Shown here in pieces: positions 13,775 through 28,253 of a stretch of 64,000 bases of DNA (the first letter of the stretch is position 1; every line of letters starts with the position of its first letter). The DNA lies in NCBI GenBank assembly GCA_951406725.2, contig OX597827.1, positions 1,240,001 to 1,304,000 of the forward strand. The letters run 5' to 3'. The translations under genes and the position numbers were made by a program. The notes below the pieces were generated by a model, which saw only the letters and a program-made list of their open reading frames with translations, had not been told where the DNA came from and did not search any database. This stretch comes from Octopus vulgaris (taxonomy: Eukaryota).

Positions 13775-14520
13775 GCACTCACAATTATGAGATAATGGTG
13801 TCCATTTCCAAACTGGCTGTGCATTGTGGCCTTGAGCAAAACACTTCATTCCACATTGCTCCAGTCCACTCATCTGTTATTGAGCAAGATTGTGATGGAT
13901 TAGCATACAAAGGAAAGATGGTGACTCAGTAAAACAACCTGAACAGAAGCCTCACCAGCCACATTTCCTACTCAGCAATCTAAATTTTATATAGTACAAC
14001 CTGAACTAAGAATCCTGACTGATTCGTTGATCAACTACATCAAAAGATGAATGAATGAAATGAATAAGATATGTGCCGAAGGAGTAGATGCCATACAGTG
14101 GGGTTGAACCTGAAAATGTGGTGTAACAAAACCAATGTCTTAGACACAAAACCATCCATTTCGTTCAACACAATTCCTTCTGCTCTCTGTCGCGCTTCTA
14201 TTAATTTGTTTCCCATAGAATCAGTAGAGTTAATGGAACTGATCTTAGAATGTTAGCTCCGTTTCTGGGTTTTTTTTTTTTCATGCTATCATTCCAAGAG
14301 AGAGATAAGCAGAAAAAAAAGGGAAAATAACCTTCCATGGAGTAATTCAAATATGGAACTAAGAGAGACAAAATTAAATACCGCAATACATTTCATTTAG
14401 TTCAGCTCAGAACTGTTGTGCTGTCTTCCTAAAATCTAGATGTTCGGAATAATGAAATATCAGAATATATATATCTATTGTTGCTGTGCACAATTCTATA
14501 ATAGGCCTTTTGTTATATGT

Positions 14521-14591
<71 letters not shown>

Positions 14592-14866
14592 TATATATAT
14601 ACACATATACATATATACATATATACATACATATATACATATACATATATACATATATACATATATATATTACATATATACATATATATATATATACATA
14701 TATATACACACACATATATATATATATACATATATACATTATACATACATACATATATATATATACATTATACATATATACATATACACACACACAAATA
14801 TATACACACACATACACACTATTTATGCATATATATATATTCACACACACAACACACACTCACTCT

Positions 14867-14934
<68 letters not shown>

Positions 14935-14978
14935 ACACATACACACATGTATAAACTCTTAATTTCATAAGAATACTG

Positions 14979-15024
<46 letters not shown>

Positions 15025-15691
15025 TATATGTGTGTATATATATATTCTACATCATATTTATATGCATATACTCACACATGCACATATATATACACACCTC
15101 TTTTCAAATGATGGAATTATTTAAAAAGAGGGTATATAAAAAAAATTGAGGATGTCTTTGAAATGTCATCTGAATCTTATCTACTTTGCACAATTGTAAA
15201 TCTAAGCCAGAAGGGGAAAATAAATTTAGAGACAAAAGAATTAGTGAAAAAAGGAAAAAAAAAATAAAAAGAATATAATTTTAAATAATTTAAGAAAATT
15301 GAAAGTAATGGTAAAAGTAGGAAATTGATGAAATAGAATAAAATGGAAAAAAAGAAAATTTTATGCAACGATATAAATGTCACTTATCATATCTTCCTAT
15401 TCACTGCGGCCATTGTCATCATCTTCCTCTTTACGACTATTAGCAGGAATATAATCAACAGCGTTATCATAATCATCATAGACATGACCATTAACGCAAA
15501 CAATATCAACATTGTCATCATCAATATCCTTTCCCTCTTCACAATTACAATGTATAATCATCATCATCATCATCATTATCATCATCATTATCATAGTAGA
15601 AGATTCTTGCTGAAGGTGCCACACAATGGGACTGAACCTGAAACCATGTGGATAGGAACTAAACATCTCAGCCTCACAGTTTGTACACATA

Positions 15692-16800
15692 ATGGTTTCA
15701 TATTCAGGCACAAGGCCGGCAATTTTGTGGGGGGGGGGGGCTAGTCGATTACATCAACCCCAGTGCTCAACTGGCATTTATTTTATCAACCCCAAAAGGA
15801 TGAAAAGCAAAGTCAACCTTGGCAGGATTTGAACTCAGGACATAAAGACAGACAAAATGCCGATAATCATTTTGCCTGCTGTGCTAATGATTCTGCCAGC
15901 TCACTGCCTTACATTAATCTTTCTACTCTTTTACTTGTTTCAGTCATTTGACTGCGACCATGCTGGAGCATTGCCTTTAGTCGAACAAATCAATCCCAGG
16001 ACTTATTCTTTGTAAGCCTAATACATATTCTATCAGTCTCTTTTGCCAAACTACCAAGTTATGGGGATGTAAACACACCAACATTGGTTGTCAAGTAATA
16101 GTGGAGGGACAAACACAGACACACAAATACATACATATATATATATATAGTTTCAAATTTTGGCACAAGGCCAGCAATTTTGGAGGAAGGAGTAAATCAA
16201 TTACATTAACCTCAGTGTCCAGCTGGTACTTATTTTATTCGGTAGGGCAAAGTTTCCTACATGGGTCATGCCAACTCATAAGGGCCAGCTATCCAGTTTC
16301 CATGGCATATAAACTGCCCACCTGGATTGGACACCAATCCATTGTAGGATTACTCACTTTTACCAGCTGAGTGGACTGAGGCAATGTGAAATGAAGTGTT
16401 TTGCTCAAGAGTACAATGCATCGCCTGGTCTGGGAATTGAAATTACAATCTCACAGTCACTAAGCCACGTACCACTATACTTATTTTTTATTGACTCCGA
16501 AAGGATGAAAGGTAAAGTTAACCTTGGTGAAATTTGAACTCAGAACACTGGGCATTTTTCTGGCCAGCTAACGATTCTTATCTGCTCTAGGCACAAGGCT
16601 CAAATTTTTTTTTTTTGGGGGGGGGGAGGGCACGGGAGTTAATTAGATCAACCACAGTATGCAACTGGTACTTAATTTATGGACCCCAAAAGGATAAAAG
16701 CAAAGTCAACCTTCGTGGAATTTGAACTCAGAATGTAAAGACAGATGAAATACTGCTAAGCAATTTTTCCGGCGTGCTAATGTTTCTGTCAGCTCACCAT
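15692..16800 (-). mobile_element. Cluster of nested SINEs (family B copies, a family A tail, and another SINE inserted into a family B copy at approx. 16240-16475)
   Basis: The family-B body is split at tacttattttatt and resumes at approx. 16477; the family A tail lies at 15920-16125. Confidence 0.7.
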
Positions 16801-16862
16801 CCTGCAACCTTCATACATGCTACAGAAACACACACACACACACACACAAATACACACACACA

Positions 16863-16912
<50 letters not shown>

Positions 16913-17840
16913 TACACACACACACACACACATTTGTCTGTATGTCAGTAATCTTCATCTATATCTACATTTAGCCACTCAGTTCTTAGACAATTTCTCT
17001 TAAGTATACATTTACAAATACATACAGACATACGCATGCATTCAATTCACAGACATGTAAATGCACGCACACACACACACACACACTCACATACATGCAT
17101 GCATGCACAGACACAATGAAGTTCTGCTGAAAAATTGCTTTAGAATCTCTTGAAGTAACGGTAAAGAATGTGGAAGATATCAAAATTAGATAAAATTATA
17201 GATGCTATAATGAAGGCCTTCTTTCCAGCACAATATATACTTATTGTGCAGCACACACGCATTGCCACAAACTCATATATACTCAGACATTACCATACAG
17301 ACATGCAATACCATGCACACGCACACACATTGCCCACACATAACATTATTATACAAGCATATATCATTACTAAATGAACACACGTGCACACACATCATTA
17401 TAGATGTTGTCATTGTTGTCGTCGTCATCATCATCATCATCATCATCATCATCAACCTATGTATAAACATTAGTATTTACATCAGGAATATTTTTCGGCC
17501 TCAATATTGTTATGGTAATCACCATTAATATCATGTGGACCATCATCATCATCATCATCATCGTCATCATCATCAATATCATCATCATCACCATCCCCAT
17601 CATGATCAATATAATCATCATCATCACTGCAGTCATCAATATGATGATCATCATCACCGACATGATTGTCATCACGACTGCCATTATCATCGTCATCATC
17701 TTTAGCAAAACAACATCCTTCTCATTTTCACATAGCTAGACCACCGTCACTGTCTGCTGTGTTAAAGAAGCTTGCATTTCCTCTCATCCTCCATTTTCTC
17801 ATTTGAGTTTAACGAATGCTGTTTTATTTGATGGAATGAA

Positions 17841-18075
17841 AAGGCTGCAAGCTGGCAGAAACGTTAGCACGCCGGGCGAAATGCTGAGTGGTATTTCGGC
17901 TGTCTACGTTCTGAGTTCAAATTCCGCCGAGGTTGACTTTGCCTTTCATCCTTTCGGAGTCGATTAAATAAGTACCAGTTACGCACTGGGGTCGATGTAA
18001 TCGACTTAATCCGTTTGTCTGTCCTTGTTCGTCCCTTCTGTGTTTGGTCCCTTGTGGGTGGTAAGGAAATAGGTA
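17841..18075 (+). mobile_element. Well-preserved tRNA-derived SINE family B
   Basis: Head aaggc..agctggcagaaacgttagcacgccgggcg, B-box-like gagttcaaattcc, and body gccgaggttgactttgcctttcatcctttcggagtcgattaaataagtaccag. From memory the body resembles Meta-domain SINE cores (unverified). Many CpGs are retained. Confidence 0.85.
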
Positions 18076-18080
18076 TGAGG

Positions 18081-18170
18081 CAAGGGTCCCCAACAACTGC
18101 TGGGCAGTGGACCAATAGCTGACCATGGATCATTTGGTGTTGGGCCACACAGAAAGAATAAATTTTTGAA
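18081..18170 (+). mobile_element. hAT-Charlie-like terminal fragment
   Basis: caagggtccccaac...gtggaccaa...ccatggatcatttggtgttgggccacacagaaagaa resembles MER1/Charlie-type 5' ends (recalled pattern). No second end was found. Confidence 0.4.
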
Positions 18171-19784
18171 AATTTATTTTTATTTTATAGATGCAGATGT
18201 GGTTTAATAATAGTTGTGAACATAGCCGTTTCTTAAGAAGTTTGCTTCCCAGCCACATGGTCCTGGGTTCAGTCCCATTGCATGGCAGCTAGCACAAATA
18301 TCTTTGACAGCTGCCTTCCAAAGTTTGTGTGCGTGTGTGTGTGTGATAATATTAGCAGTGCCCCAGCATGGCTGTTACCTCTGGGCTGAAACATGTGAAA
18401 AGAATACAAGAATAACAGAATGTATGTGTGTGCGTGTGTGTGTGTGTATGTGTGTGTGTATGATAATATTAGTGGCACTCCAGCATGGCCACAGCCTTTG
18501 GGCTGAAACATGTGAAAAGAGTACATGAATAAAAGATTATATTACAGGTACAGGTATGTGTGTGTGTGTGTGTGTGCTTGTGTCCCCTTGTCTTGACGTT
18601 GCGTGATAGTTATAAGTGAGTGTCTCTCTACTGGAACATATGTATGTACTGCATGCTTGCATGCGTGCGTGTGTGTGTGTGTTTTTCTGTGATTTTGTTC
18701 CCACCACTGTTTGACAATTGGTGTTGGTTTGTTTATGCTCTTATAACTTAGCGGTTTGGCAAACAAGTGCAACAGATAAAGTAACAATCTGAAAACATAA
18801 CTTCTGAGGTTGATCTGTTTGACTAAAATGTCTAAAGTGGTGGGCCAGTATGGCTACAATTCACTGATCAGAACAACATGTATACATACATGTTTGTATT
18901 TATCTGTACATGTGTATATACATCTATGTATATACACATGCATACATTCACAAATAGAGGCATACATGCATGCATACAGACATATGCATATGCACCTCAT
19001 TCACATGGTTTGGGGTTCAGTCCCACTTCATGACATCACGGGCAAGTATCTTCTTCTATAGGCTTGGGCCAACAAAGCCTTCTAAGTGAATTTGGTAGAT
19101 GGAAACTGAAAGAAGACTGTAGTATGCATATCTATGTGTGTGTGTCTTTGTGTCTATGTTTGACTCTAACCACTGTTTGACGTGAAAAGGGACCATTGAA
19201 ATGAGTGCCAGGATTGAAAAAATTATGGACTGGGGTTGATTTGTCTGGCTGAAATTCAAGCCAGTGATCCAGCAGGGCCACAGTTTAATCACTGATGCAA
19301 GTAAAAGATTAAAGACAAAAAGATATATAGGTGCATACAAACATATATCCACATATATACATAGATACATGTATGTATGCAAGTGAAACTACATAAGTGA
19401 TTGAAGGGGTCAAAAATTTCCAGGAAACAGCATTCTCCACACACTCACATATTCAAGATCGTGCTCTCTGTCTAGAAGCAATGACATCACACATACACAC
19501 ATGGCAGTACACACACACACACACACATACACACACACACACATATATATATATTGCAAAACTTTAATCACACATCAGTTTGTAGCTTAAAAGTTCAGCG
19601 ATGTTGGCATTTCATTCATGATTCCATGTATTTGTAGAATGTGAGCTGTTTGGTGAGAAGAACATTTCTAAAGAAAATAATGAAAGATTGGGAAAGACTT
19701 GGAGTTGGAAAGAAGGAAACACAGACGGAGAGGCAAGCAGAGGGATGTAAAGACGTACATGCACACACACACTTATATATGTGT

Positions 19785-19818
19785 AGACAGACAGACAGAC
19801 AGACAGATAGACAGACAA

Positions 19819-19851
<33 letters not shown>

Positions 19852-19870
19852 TAGATAAATAGATAGTATT

Positions 19871-19950
<80 letters not shown>
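19785..19950 (+). repeat. (GACA)n-(GATA)n microsatellite
   Basis: Directly visible. Confidence 0.97.
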
Positions 19951-19951
<1 letters not shown>

Positions 19952-20064
19952 ATAGCCACATTTACAGCATTAGAGAGCTCGAAAATGAAAGAGCAAATAA
20001 TGAAAGAACAAAAAAAGCCAAAAAAGAAATTGATGATGGTATGTAACACATTTGTAAGTGGAGA

Positions 20065-20095
<31 letters not shown>

Positions 20096-20425
20096 CAAAG
20101 ACGAAGGAGTGAAAATGAAAGTGAAACTACACTAGTAAAATAACAATACTGAAACAACAACAACAACAACGAGAATAGTTTGAAAGAGTAGAAAAAAAGG
20201 AAGAGAGAAGAAGTAAAGATGGAATATAAGACATTTTGTAAATGAAGCCATTTGTGAAAACTACGTATAAATTAAAAGTGAAGCCGACACAATGTCGCTT
20301 CAGTCTTGGCCAGATTCTCTCTGTAATCCACACAACAAAAACGTAATACCACCTACAAGGGTTTTGTGAGAGTTTCACATATATTATTAGCTATTGGTTC
20401 TTTCTCAAACATTCCTCTTCTTAAA

Positions 20426-20493
<68 letters not shown>

Positions 20494-20600
20494 TATATAT
20501 ATACGTGCAAACAAGGATTTTGTTTAGCCAGCTCAAATATTCACGATTATATACACGCACTTATACAAATACCATTAAACATGTATATATGTGTGAGTAG

Positions 20601-20665
<65 letters not shown>

Positions 20666-20987
20666 CGCATACATAAATGCTTATATAAACACATAAATAG
20701 ATAAATATAAGTACATGCAACCAAACATACAAACACACACACACATATATAGACATACACACACAAGCACAAATAGATAGACAGATAGATAGATAGATAG
20801 ATAAAGACAATGTACATTCAAATGTAGATACAATGTTCTTTTTAGCTAGTTGATGTTCACACACACACACACACACACACACGTGTGTAGACCCATTAAA
20901 ATGAGAATTTTTATTTTGCCAGCTCATGCACACTTATGCACACAAATGCATAACAGTGAAAACAAAGCTTTTTAACCACAATTCTCT

Positions 20988-21044
<57 letters not shown>

Positions 21045-21210
21045 CCCCTCTTCCTGTTCTCTCTCTCTGTCTCTCTAACTCTCTCTCTCTCTCTCTATCT
21101 ATCTATCCCCCTCTTCTTGTTCTCTCTCTCTGTCTCTCTAGCTCTCTCTCTCTCACACACACAAACACATACAGTGAAAATGTTCTCTTTTGTTTAGTTG
21201 TATGCATATA

Positions 21211-21266
<56 letters not shown>

Positions 21267-21787
21267 TATAGACATACACAAGCATTAAAGAGGACTTTTG
21301 TTTATAAACATGCTTTCACACATATTCACACACACACAAAAAAACACAGCATACACAAACACATACATACCATACATATGCATACTGAATTTCCACTTAC
21401 ACACACATCACAAATACACACAAGCTGTACACAGCACATATATGCACACACACACACACACAATGCATCCACATCATACACTGATTACATAACACACACT
21501 CACACACACACACAAACACATATATATATACATACACATTCACTACATGCATATCCCACATACATATCCAGTGTGTACACATCATAGATACATGTCACAC
21601 ATACCACACACACAAACATGCATATACATACATACATACATACATACATGCATACATTCATACATACATACATAGACCACATATACACACCATACATATA
21701 TACACATTGCAGATATAGTCATCATACACTACACATACACTAACACACACAGATGTATACAAACACACTGCTGTACATAAACACACA

Positions 21788-21828
<41 letters not shown>

Positions 21829-21951
21829 CTCTGCAGAACACACACAAAAAACATGCACACACAGACAAAATCATGCATTGACAGACATACAGAAACCTGC
21901 ACAAACATACACAGAATTATACACAGATACAGAAAAATGTTGCGTGCACGT

Positions 21952-21986
<35 letters not shown>

Positions 21987-22487
21987 CACGCACGCACACA
22001 CACGCACATTCTTAGATTACAACATTAACAAAGTGAAGGAATGGGCTTTCTCTTCTTTTCAGCGGGTTTTGTTTTGTTTTTGCATTCTTATTTCTGTCTG
22101 TCTGTCTGTCTGTCTGTATCTCTCTCTCTCTTTCCATCTCTCTCTCTCTCTCCATCTCTCTCTTTCCATCTCTCTCTCTCTCTCTCTCATTATACATGCA
22201 ATCACACACAACCTGAGACTTTCATATACAGTCACTCACACACACACACACACACACACACATCAAACAAATACCTGCATGCAAACACAGACGCATATGA
22301 ACACGTGCACACAAACACACAAACATGCATACACAAATACACGTACAAACACTCTAAACACAAACACAAACACATACACACACCCACACGCATAAACACA
22401 CAGACACACTTATACCCACACACACATACACACACATCTAAACAAGTACATTAGTACCTTATAAATGGCATGACTAAGACAAAAACA

Positions 22488-22530
<43 letters not shown>

Positions 22531-22930
22531 GCACACATGCAACACACAAACACACACATACACTATACATAAACACAACACATACACATGCAGCATACAC
22601 AAACACATTACCATTCTATAAATGGCATGACTAAGGCAAAAAAATCCATGGAACCGTATAAGACAAAACTTTGGTTTGTTTTGGTTTTTACTGCATGCAT
22701 TAAGGCCAAAGTGAAAGGTTTCTTTTTTCTAGCATGTGTTTGTTAGTTTTGTGGTTGTTGTTGTTGTTGTTCTTATTCTTTGGTTGATTTTCGCAGAAGA
22801 TGGTTTCGAGGTGGAATAAATGCAGCAAAAAAGAAAAAAAAACCAAAAAACAAATGAATATAGAAAAATGGAGTGAATGAATAAGAGCCACAACAACAAT
22901 AATTACAACAGCAACAATCAAGAGAAAGAA

Positions 22931-22987
<57 letters not shown>

Positions 22988-23885
22988 GCCGCTATGTGGT
23001 TCTTCTAAATGCTTGAAATAACAGCCAAGATTTGGAAAGCTAATGATGTTTTAAAGTTTTCACTCCATGTTTTTCACTCTGTGCCACATTGACTTGCTTG
23101 CCAGAAAATGCAGTAAGTTGGCTCAAAAAGGCCTGTCCTGGGGCTAAACAACAATAATACTAAATTAAAGCCCTTTATCCAAGGCACAAAACTGCAATTT
23201 ATGTCATTCCTTGTAATGACTCTAGTCTAGAACTGGAATTTCATTTATAAGCATTCCTGGGACTATAAATGGTAAGAACCAAAGAATCGGAAAAAAGAAT
23301 TTTATCAGGATTTACAAAGGACATCTATTTTATCATGGGAATGTCTGGTAAAAAAAAAAGAACCAAAAGAAAGTTAAATGATTCAATGATAAGCCAATCA
23401 CCTCCATGTACTTTGTAAATGGAGCAAAACATACATTCATTGGCACCAAACATGTGGCTCACATCAGCGGAATTTCCGCTGTTGTGCAGCTGAGTATTGA
23501 AGGTGGTCGCTAGAGCATGTCTTTATGGTCCAAACAATATCTTCAACTGATCACTCGCCATGTTATGTATCACAGATCAATCTGTGATGAGCATATCATG
23601 GTTCACAGTTGAGCAGATCATGTTACCCTGGGTCAGTGATAAATGAAGCAGGAATAAACGAATCTTGTTCCTTTCTGTGAATGATAATCATCAATATTTT
23701 CAAGCATTTTCTCAAGAACCCAGGAAATTTCTGGGCTTGTAATGGATATGATGCTCCCATTGTACTCTGCTGTCTATGGAAGACCCAAGTAAAGAACATC
23801 CCCCAGAAGGAGTTGAACCTAGATTAAAGGACATAACTGCATACAGCAGTATATCTAATTTGTCCCTTTCCATTGGCTCTAAAGC

Positions 23886-24051
23886 CTGGGCCAGCCCTAG
23901 GGTTGCTGGCGCCCTGGGAAAACTGAACTTTAGTGTGTACAAGCTGCTGGTCATGGAAATTTCCTTGTCTTTCTCAAGCCCTCTTTGGCAGCCCCTAACA
24001 CATGGCGCCCTGGGTGACTGCCAGAGTTGTCAATACCTAGAACTGGCCCTG
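23886..24051. mobile_element. hAT-type MITE (166 bp)
   Basis: TIRs ctgggccagccctagg / cctagaactggccctg; 8-bp TSD tctaaagc (23878-23885) / cctaaagc (24052-24059), 7 of 8 identical; subterminal tggcgccctggg x2. Confidence 0.8.
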
Positions 24052-24904
24052 CCTAAAGCAATAATAGCAGAACCCCCAATAATAATAAGGTCTTCCAACA
24101 TAGATACAAAGCTAGAAATTATGAAGGGGAAAGATATACAGCAGATTGTATTGACCCTAGTACATGACTGGTACATCTTTTTTATTATTATTCCAGTAAA
24201 ATTTGGACTCAAAATTTAAGGAAGTCATCATCATCATCATTTTAATGTCCCTATTGTACAAAGTGCCAAGCAGTGGGACTGAACCTAAAACCATGTGGCT
24301 GGGAAGAAAATTTAGTCCCAGTGTTATGCCTGTGCCTACTCCAAGCCTGTGCCTAATCCAGTATTTCAGTTCACAGCTCTATTTAGCCAGCCATTGAATG
24401 CCAGGCATAAAATTAAGGATGCAAATGCTTAGAAGTAAAAGCAACCCTATTATTTGGCTGCTACATTTATTATTGACCCCAGAAGGACTCAGTTTAAAAG
24501 AAGACAAGGTTAACCAATCACAAAAAGCTTTCAATATCATAAGACTGGAGACATTGTATTTCCAGCATCCAGGCCAACATAGAATATAATGTGAACTTGT
24601 AGTGTTAACATTCAAATATCATCACTGTCGTCTTTCCAAATCCTGATGCATTTCACATGGAATTTTTGGTTCTCTGGGGTAGTCAGATGTATAAGTCAAC
24701 CTGCTATTTTTGGCTGTAAATTTCAGTCTGAAAAATTTGAATTGTATGATGGAAAATACAGTAAATAGAATGAGCCAATCTGAAAGCAAACAACAGCTCA
24801 AAAGTTCTAGATTAATTACAGAAATGGTCGTATCACATTTTAGTGACACAGAATCAATAGATAGATACAGAAAACTATCAAAATAAAATACTTAAACAAG
24901 AGGT

Positions 24905-25576
24905 TAATGTCAACTGAGTAATGTTTCATGTCAAATGTACATCAACTGTGCAAGGTAAACTGGACATTCTGTATCGTCAAATGCACATTGTTGACGGTAC
25001 ATTATGTAATATCAACTTCGCATTTTATAAGAGTAATTGTACATAATTTAATGACAATGGTATTTATGATATGTCAAACATACACTGTCAACAGTACACT
25101 ATGAAATGTCATCTCTGCATTAATGTCAAATGTACATTGTCAATTGTACAATATGTAATGTCAACTGTATGTTATACAATATCATCTGCACATCATTTAA
25201 TGTCAGACAGTATATGTGTATATGTTAACTCTACATGATGACATGAAATATTAGCTGTGTTATGTAATGGAACGTGCACATTATGTAATGATAACTGCAT
25301 ATTGTGGACTATAGCTTTATATTGTGTAACAAGTTACATTATGTAATTGTTCGTCTATATAATATAACAACTGTACATTATCTAATGACAATTCTGTATT
25401 AACATAATGTCAAATGCACAACAGTTATTGTTAATTGAACAATATGTAATGTCAACAGCGCAGTATGAAATATCAACGGTACCCTATGGAATTACAGCTA
25501 TATCTTGTGGAATGAGAAATGTATATTATCTAATGTGAGGTCTATATTAACATGTCAAATGTACAGTATGTAATGT
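24905..25576 (+). repeat. Highly diverged 21-bp minisatellite, consensus approx. AATGTCAACTGTACATTATGT
   Basis: Consecutive 21-nt units at 25157, 25178 and at 25448, 25469, 25490, 25511. One more unit follows the inserted SINE (25904-25924). Confidence 0.8.
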
Positions 25577-25902
25577 GAAGGTGTGTGGCTTAGTGGTTAG
25601 GGCATTCGGCTCATGATCGTAAGGTCATGAGTTCGATTCCCGGCGATGTGTTGTGTCCTTGAGCAAGACACTTTATTTCATGTTGCTCCAGTCCACTCAA
25701 CTGACAAAAATGAGTAGTACCTGTATTTCAAAGGGCCAGCCTTGTCACACTCTGTGTCACGCCGAATATCTCTGAGAACTACGTTAAGGGTACACGAGTC
25801 TGTGGATTGCTCAGCCACTACTTGCACGTTAATTTCACGAGCAGGCTGTTCCGTTGATCGTATCAGCTGGGTCCCTCATCGTCATAACCAACGGAGTGCC
25901 CC
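25577..25902 (+). mobile_element. Full-length tRNA-derived SINE family C with target-site duplication
   Basis: A box TGGCTTAGTGG (25586-25596), B box GAGTTCGATTCC (25629-25640), and taatgtgaa duplicated at 25571-25579 and 25903-25911. Confidence 0.88.
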
Positions 25903-25924
25903 TAATGTGAAATGAACCGTATGC

Positions 25925-26110
25925 TACACCCCAAATGAACAGATGCAGAAAGGTCTTGTTGTTCTGCACACATCTTGGAGAGGTTCAGCTGACAGCATTC
26001 CAGTATCTGGAGAATTTATCCTTGAACCAGTAACAATTTCTGGTAGCATTGGCAGACCTTTTAGCAAGAACTCTCTTCTTCATGGAAACAAAGGGACTTA
26101 ACTTGACATT
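25925..26110 (-). pseudogene. Possible Tx1/L1-type LINE C-terminal zinc-finger (zf-RVT) remnant
   Basis: Minus translation KDKFSRYWNAVS*TSPRCVQNNKTFLHLFI resembles the R-D-K-L...CPRC....ET..H.F motif. It is highly degenerate. Confidence 0.45.
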
Positions 26111-27162
26111 GCAATACATTTCATTTGTTTCATTACAAATATCTTCTTTTTTGTGTACATGTGTGTGTACACAGACATCTACACACACACATGCATCTAC
26201 ATATATACATATACATACTGACGTATGATTGTGAGTGCAACAGCCTAACCATTAGACCAAGTGTCTTCACACACACACACACAATTTGATAAAAGTGACT
26301 TTTTGATAAATAGATTTATGAAACAAGATAAACTATTTTGTAAAAGTCAATTTTCTTAAAAGTTATATAAACACTAAAAATACTTTTTTATCAAGTACTT
26401 CTATTGAAACAGTGACAGTATCTGTTTTTATCAATAGATAATAACTCTTTCACCTCTCTAACTGCAGCTTTCCTTGATACCGCTTACATTTCTTACTCCC
26501 CAAAACCATTTCACTTGTTATCTGCTCTTCTTCCATTAATTCTTCTCTCTTCATCAACAGTTTTATTGACACCCCACACCCCACTGAATCAACAGCTATC
26601 ATCCCTCACCACAATACATCTCTCACCCTCCCCGTGTACTATACCTGCTTCTCTTTTCTTCACCCACTCCTGCATCATCCTGACATCATCCTTCCCTCAT
26701 CCTTCTCCTGTCTACCTTTTCATCATTACTATTCTGCTGTTCAGCACTGTCATCTCTTCCTACATGCCACCCATTGCTCTCTAGCTTCACTCAATCACTC
26801 CTACCTTCTCTTTCTAGAATACCAGTAGCAATGTAGCTCCTCTACAAGAAACCTGTCATACTCTGGCCCCCTTCTCTCATAAGAGTCATCTTTTGCCCCT
26901 CATCTCCTAGCACAAAAATCATCCACCACCATCACCACCATCAATTCATAGTCTTGCAAAATATGTTGGTGGCACTAAAAAAGCATCTAGGAGATGATGT
27001 GAAGTGTTGGGCATTAGGAAGGGCACAAAGCCATAGAAACCATGTCAAAGCAGACACTGGACACTCAGTCCTTGTGCCCATTGGATCCTGTTAAACTATC
27101 AACCCATGTCAGTATACGTACATGGACATTAAATGATGATAATGATGATTATACACACGCAC

Positions 27163-27630
27163 ATCATCATCATCATCACCATCATCGTTTAACATCTGTT
27201 TTTCATGCATGGGTTGGAGAGTAAACTGGTAAGCCGGGGAGCTGCAATGGGTTTCAATCTGACTTGGCATGGTTTCTACAGCTGGATGCCCTTCCTAATG
27301 CCAACCACTCCAAAAGTGCAGTGGGTACTGTTTACATGCCAACGGTATTGGTGACAGTTACGTAGCACCAGCATTGGCCACACCTTCAATCTCACTTGGC
27401 TTCTCAGGCCCTCTCAAGCATGCTCTACCACCAAAGGTCTCAGTCACATGTCATTGCCTCTGTGGGGCCTTTTATCGAAAGGGTGCTTTTGACATACCAC
27501 CAGAATGGGTGTTAGTTATGCAACACAGGTATTGGCCACGATTACGACTTCACTTGGTTTGACGGGTCTTCTCAAGTATGGCATATTGCCAAAGGTCTCG
27601 GTCCCTTGAACTGCCTCAATGAGGCCCAAA
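27163..27630 (-). mobile_element. RTE LINE 3' ends (two tandem ORF-end remnants plus 3' UTR and (TGA)n tail)
   Basis: Tail catcatc..cgtttaac and UTR tttctacagctggatgcccttcctaatgccaacc. The block cacttgg...ctctcaag...ccaaaggtctc...tgcctc..tg.ggcc occurs twice (approx. 27393, 27551). Confidence 0.6.
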
Positions 27631-27634
27631 TATA

Positions 27635-27859
27635 CTGGGTTGGCCAAAAGTCAGCCGACACTAAATCAAAATTCCACAAATACTTTCTGTAATTCTGTTT
27701 TGACTCAAATGGAAAAATGTGTTGCGACTTCAGTTTGAACAATTTTCATGATGTTTCATATTTGGATGCTTTTATTAAATTCATTCAGTTGTTCAACATA
27801 AATAAATCTTAGAATTCAATGGTTTTGATTTACTGTCAGGTGACTTTTGGCCAACCCTG
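27635..27859. mobile_element. Tc1/mariner-type MITE (225 bp)
   Basis: TA-ctgggttggccaaaagtcagccgacactaaatcaaaa ... ttttgatttactgtcaggtgacttttggccaaccctg-TA: approx. 37-bp TIRs and TA TSDs. Confidence 0.88.
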
Positions 27860-27867
27860 TATATATG

Positions 27868-28222
27868 CAAGCATGGTTGTGTGATTAAAAAGTCTGCTTT
27901 GCTTTGCTGTCATGTTGGTTCAGGTTCAGTTCCACTTAATGGCATTTTGGACCAGTCCAACCAGTGCCTTGTGAGTGGTAGATGGTAACTGTATGACACG
28001 GAGCCTGTTGTGTATGTGTATGTGTGTGTATACACAAACACACACACACATATGTATGGTGTGGTTGTGTGGTAAGAAGCTTGCTTCCCAACCAGTTGGT
28101 TCGAGGTTCAGTCCCACTGCGGAGCACCTTGGGTGAGTGTCTCCTACTTTAGTCCTGGGCTGATCAAAGCCTTGTGAGTGGATTTGGTGGACGGAAACAG
28201 AAAGAAGCCCATTGTATACATG

Positions 28223-28253
<31 letters not shown>

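Noticed and set aside
23776-24219. 147-aa ORF as a gene
   Set aside because: It runs through the hAT MITE (23886-24051) and shows no recognisable domain.
25577-25650. tRNA gene
   Set aside because: A and B boxes are present, but the acceptor stem does not pair and the sequence continues into a SINE body with TSD. The same applies to the other SINE heads.
26817-26863. Hammerhead-like tgtag(ctcct)ctaca-a-GAAAC-ct-GTC
   Set aside because: The 3' half fits, but the core reads cagtagca rather than CUGANGA. It is at most a dead relic.
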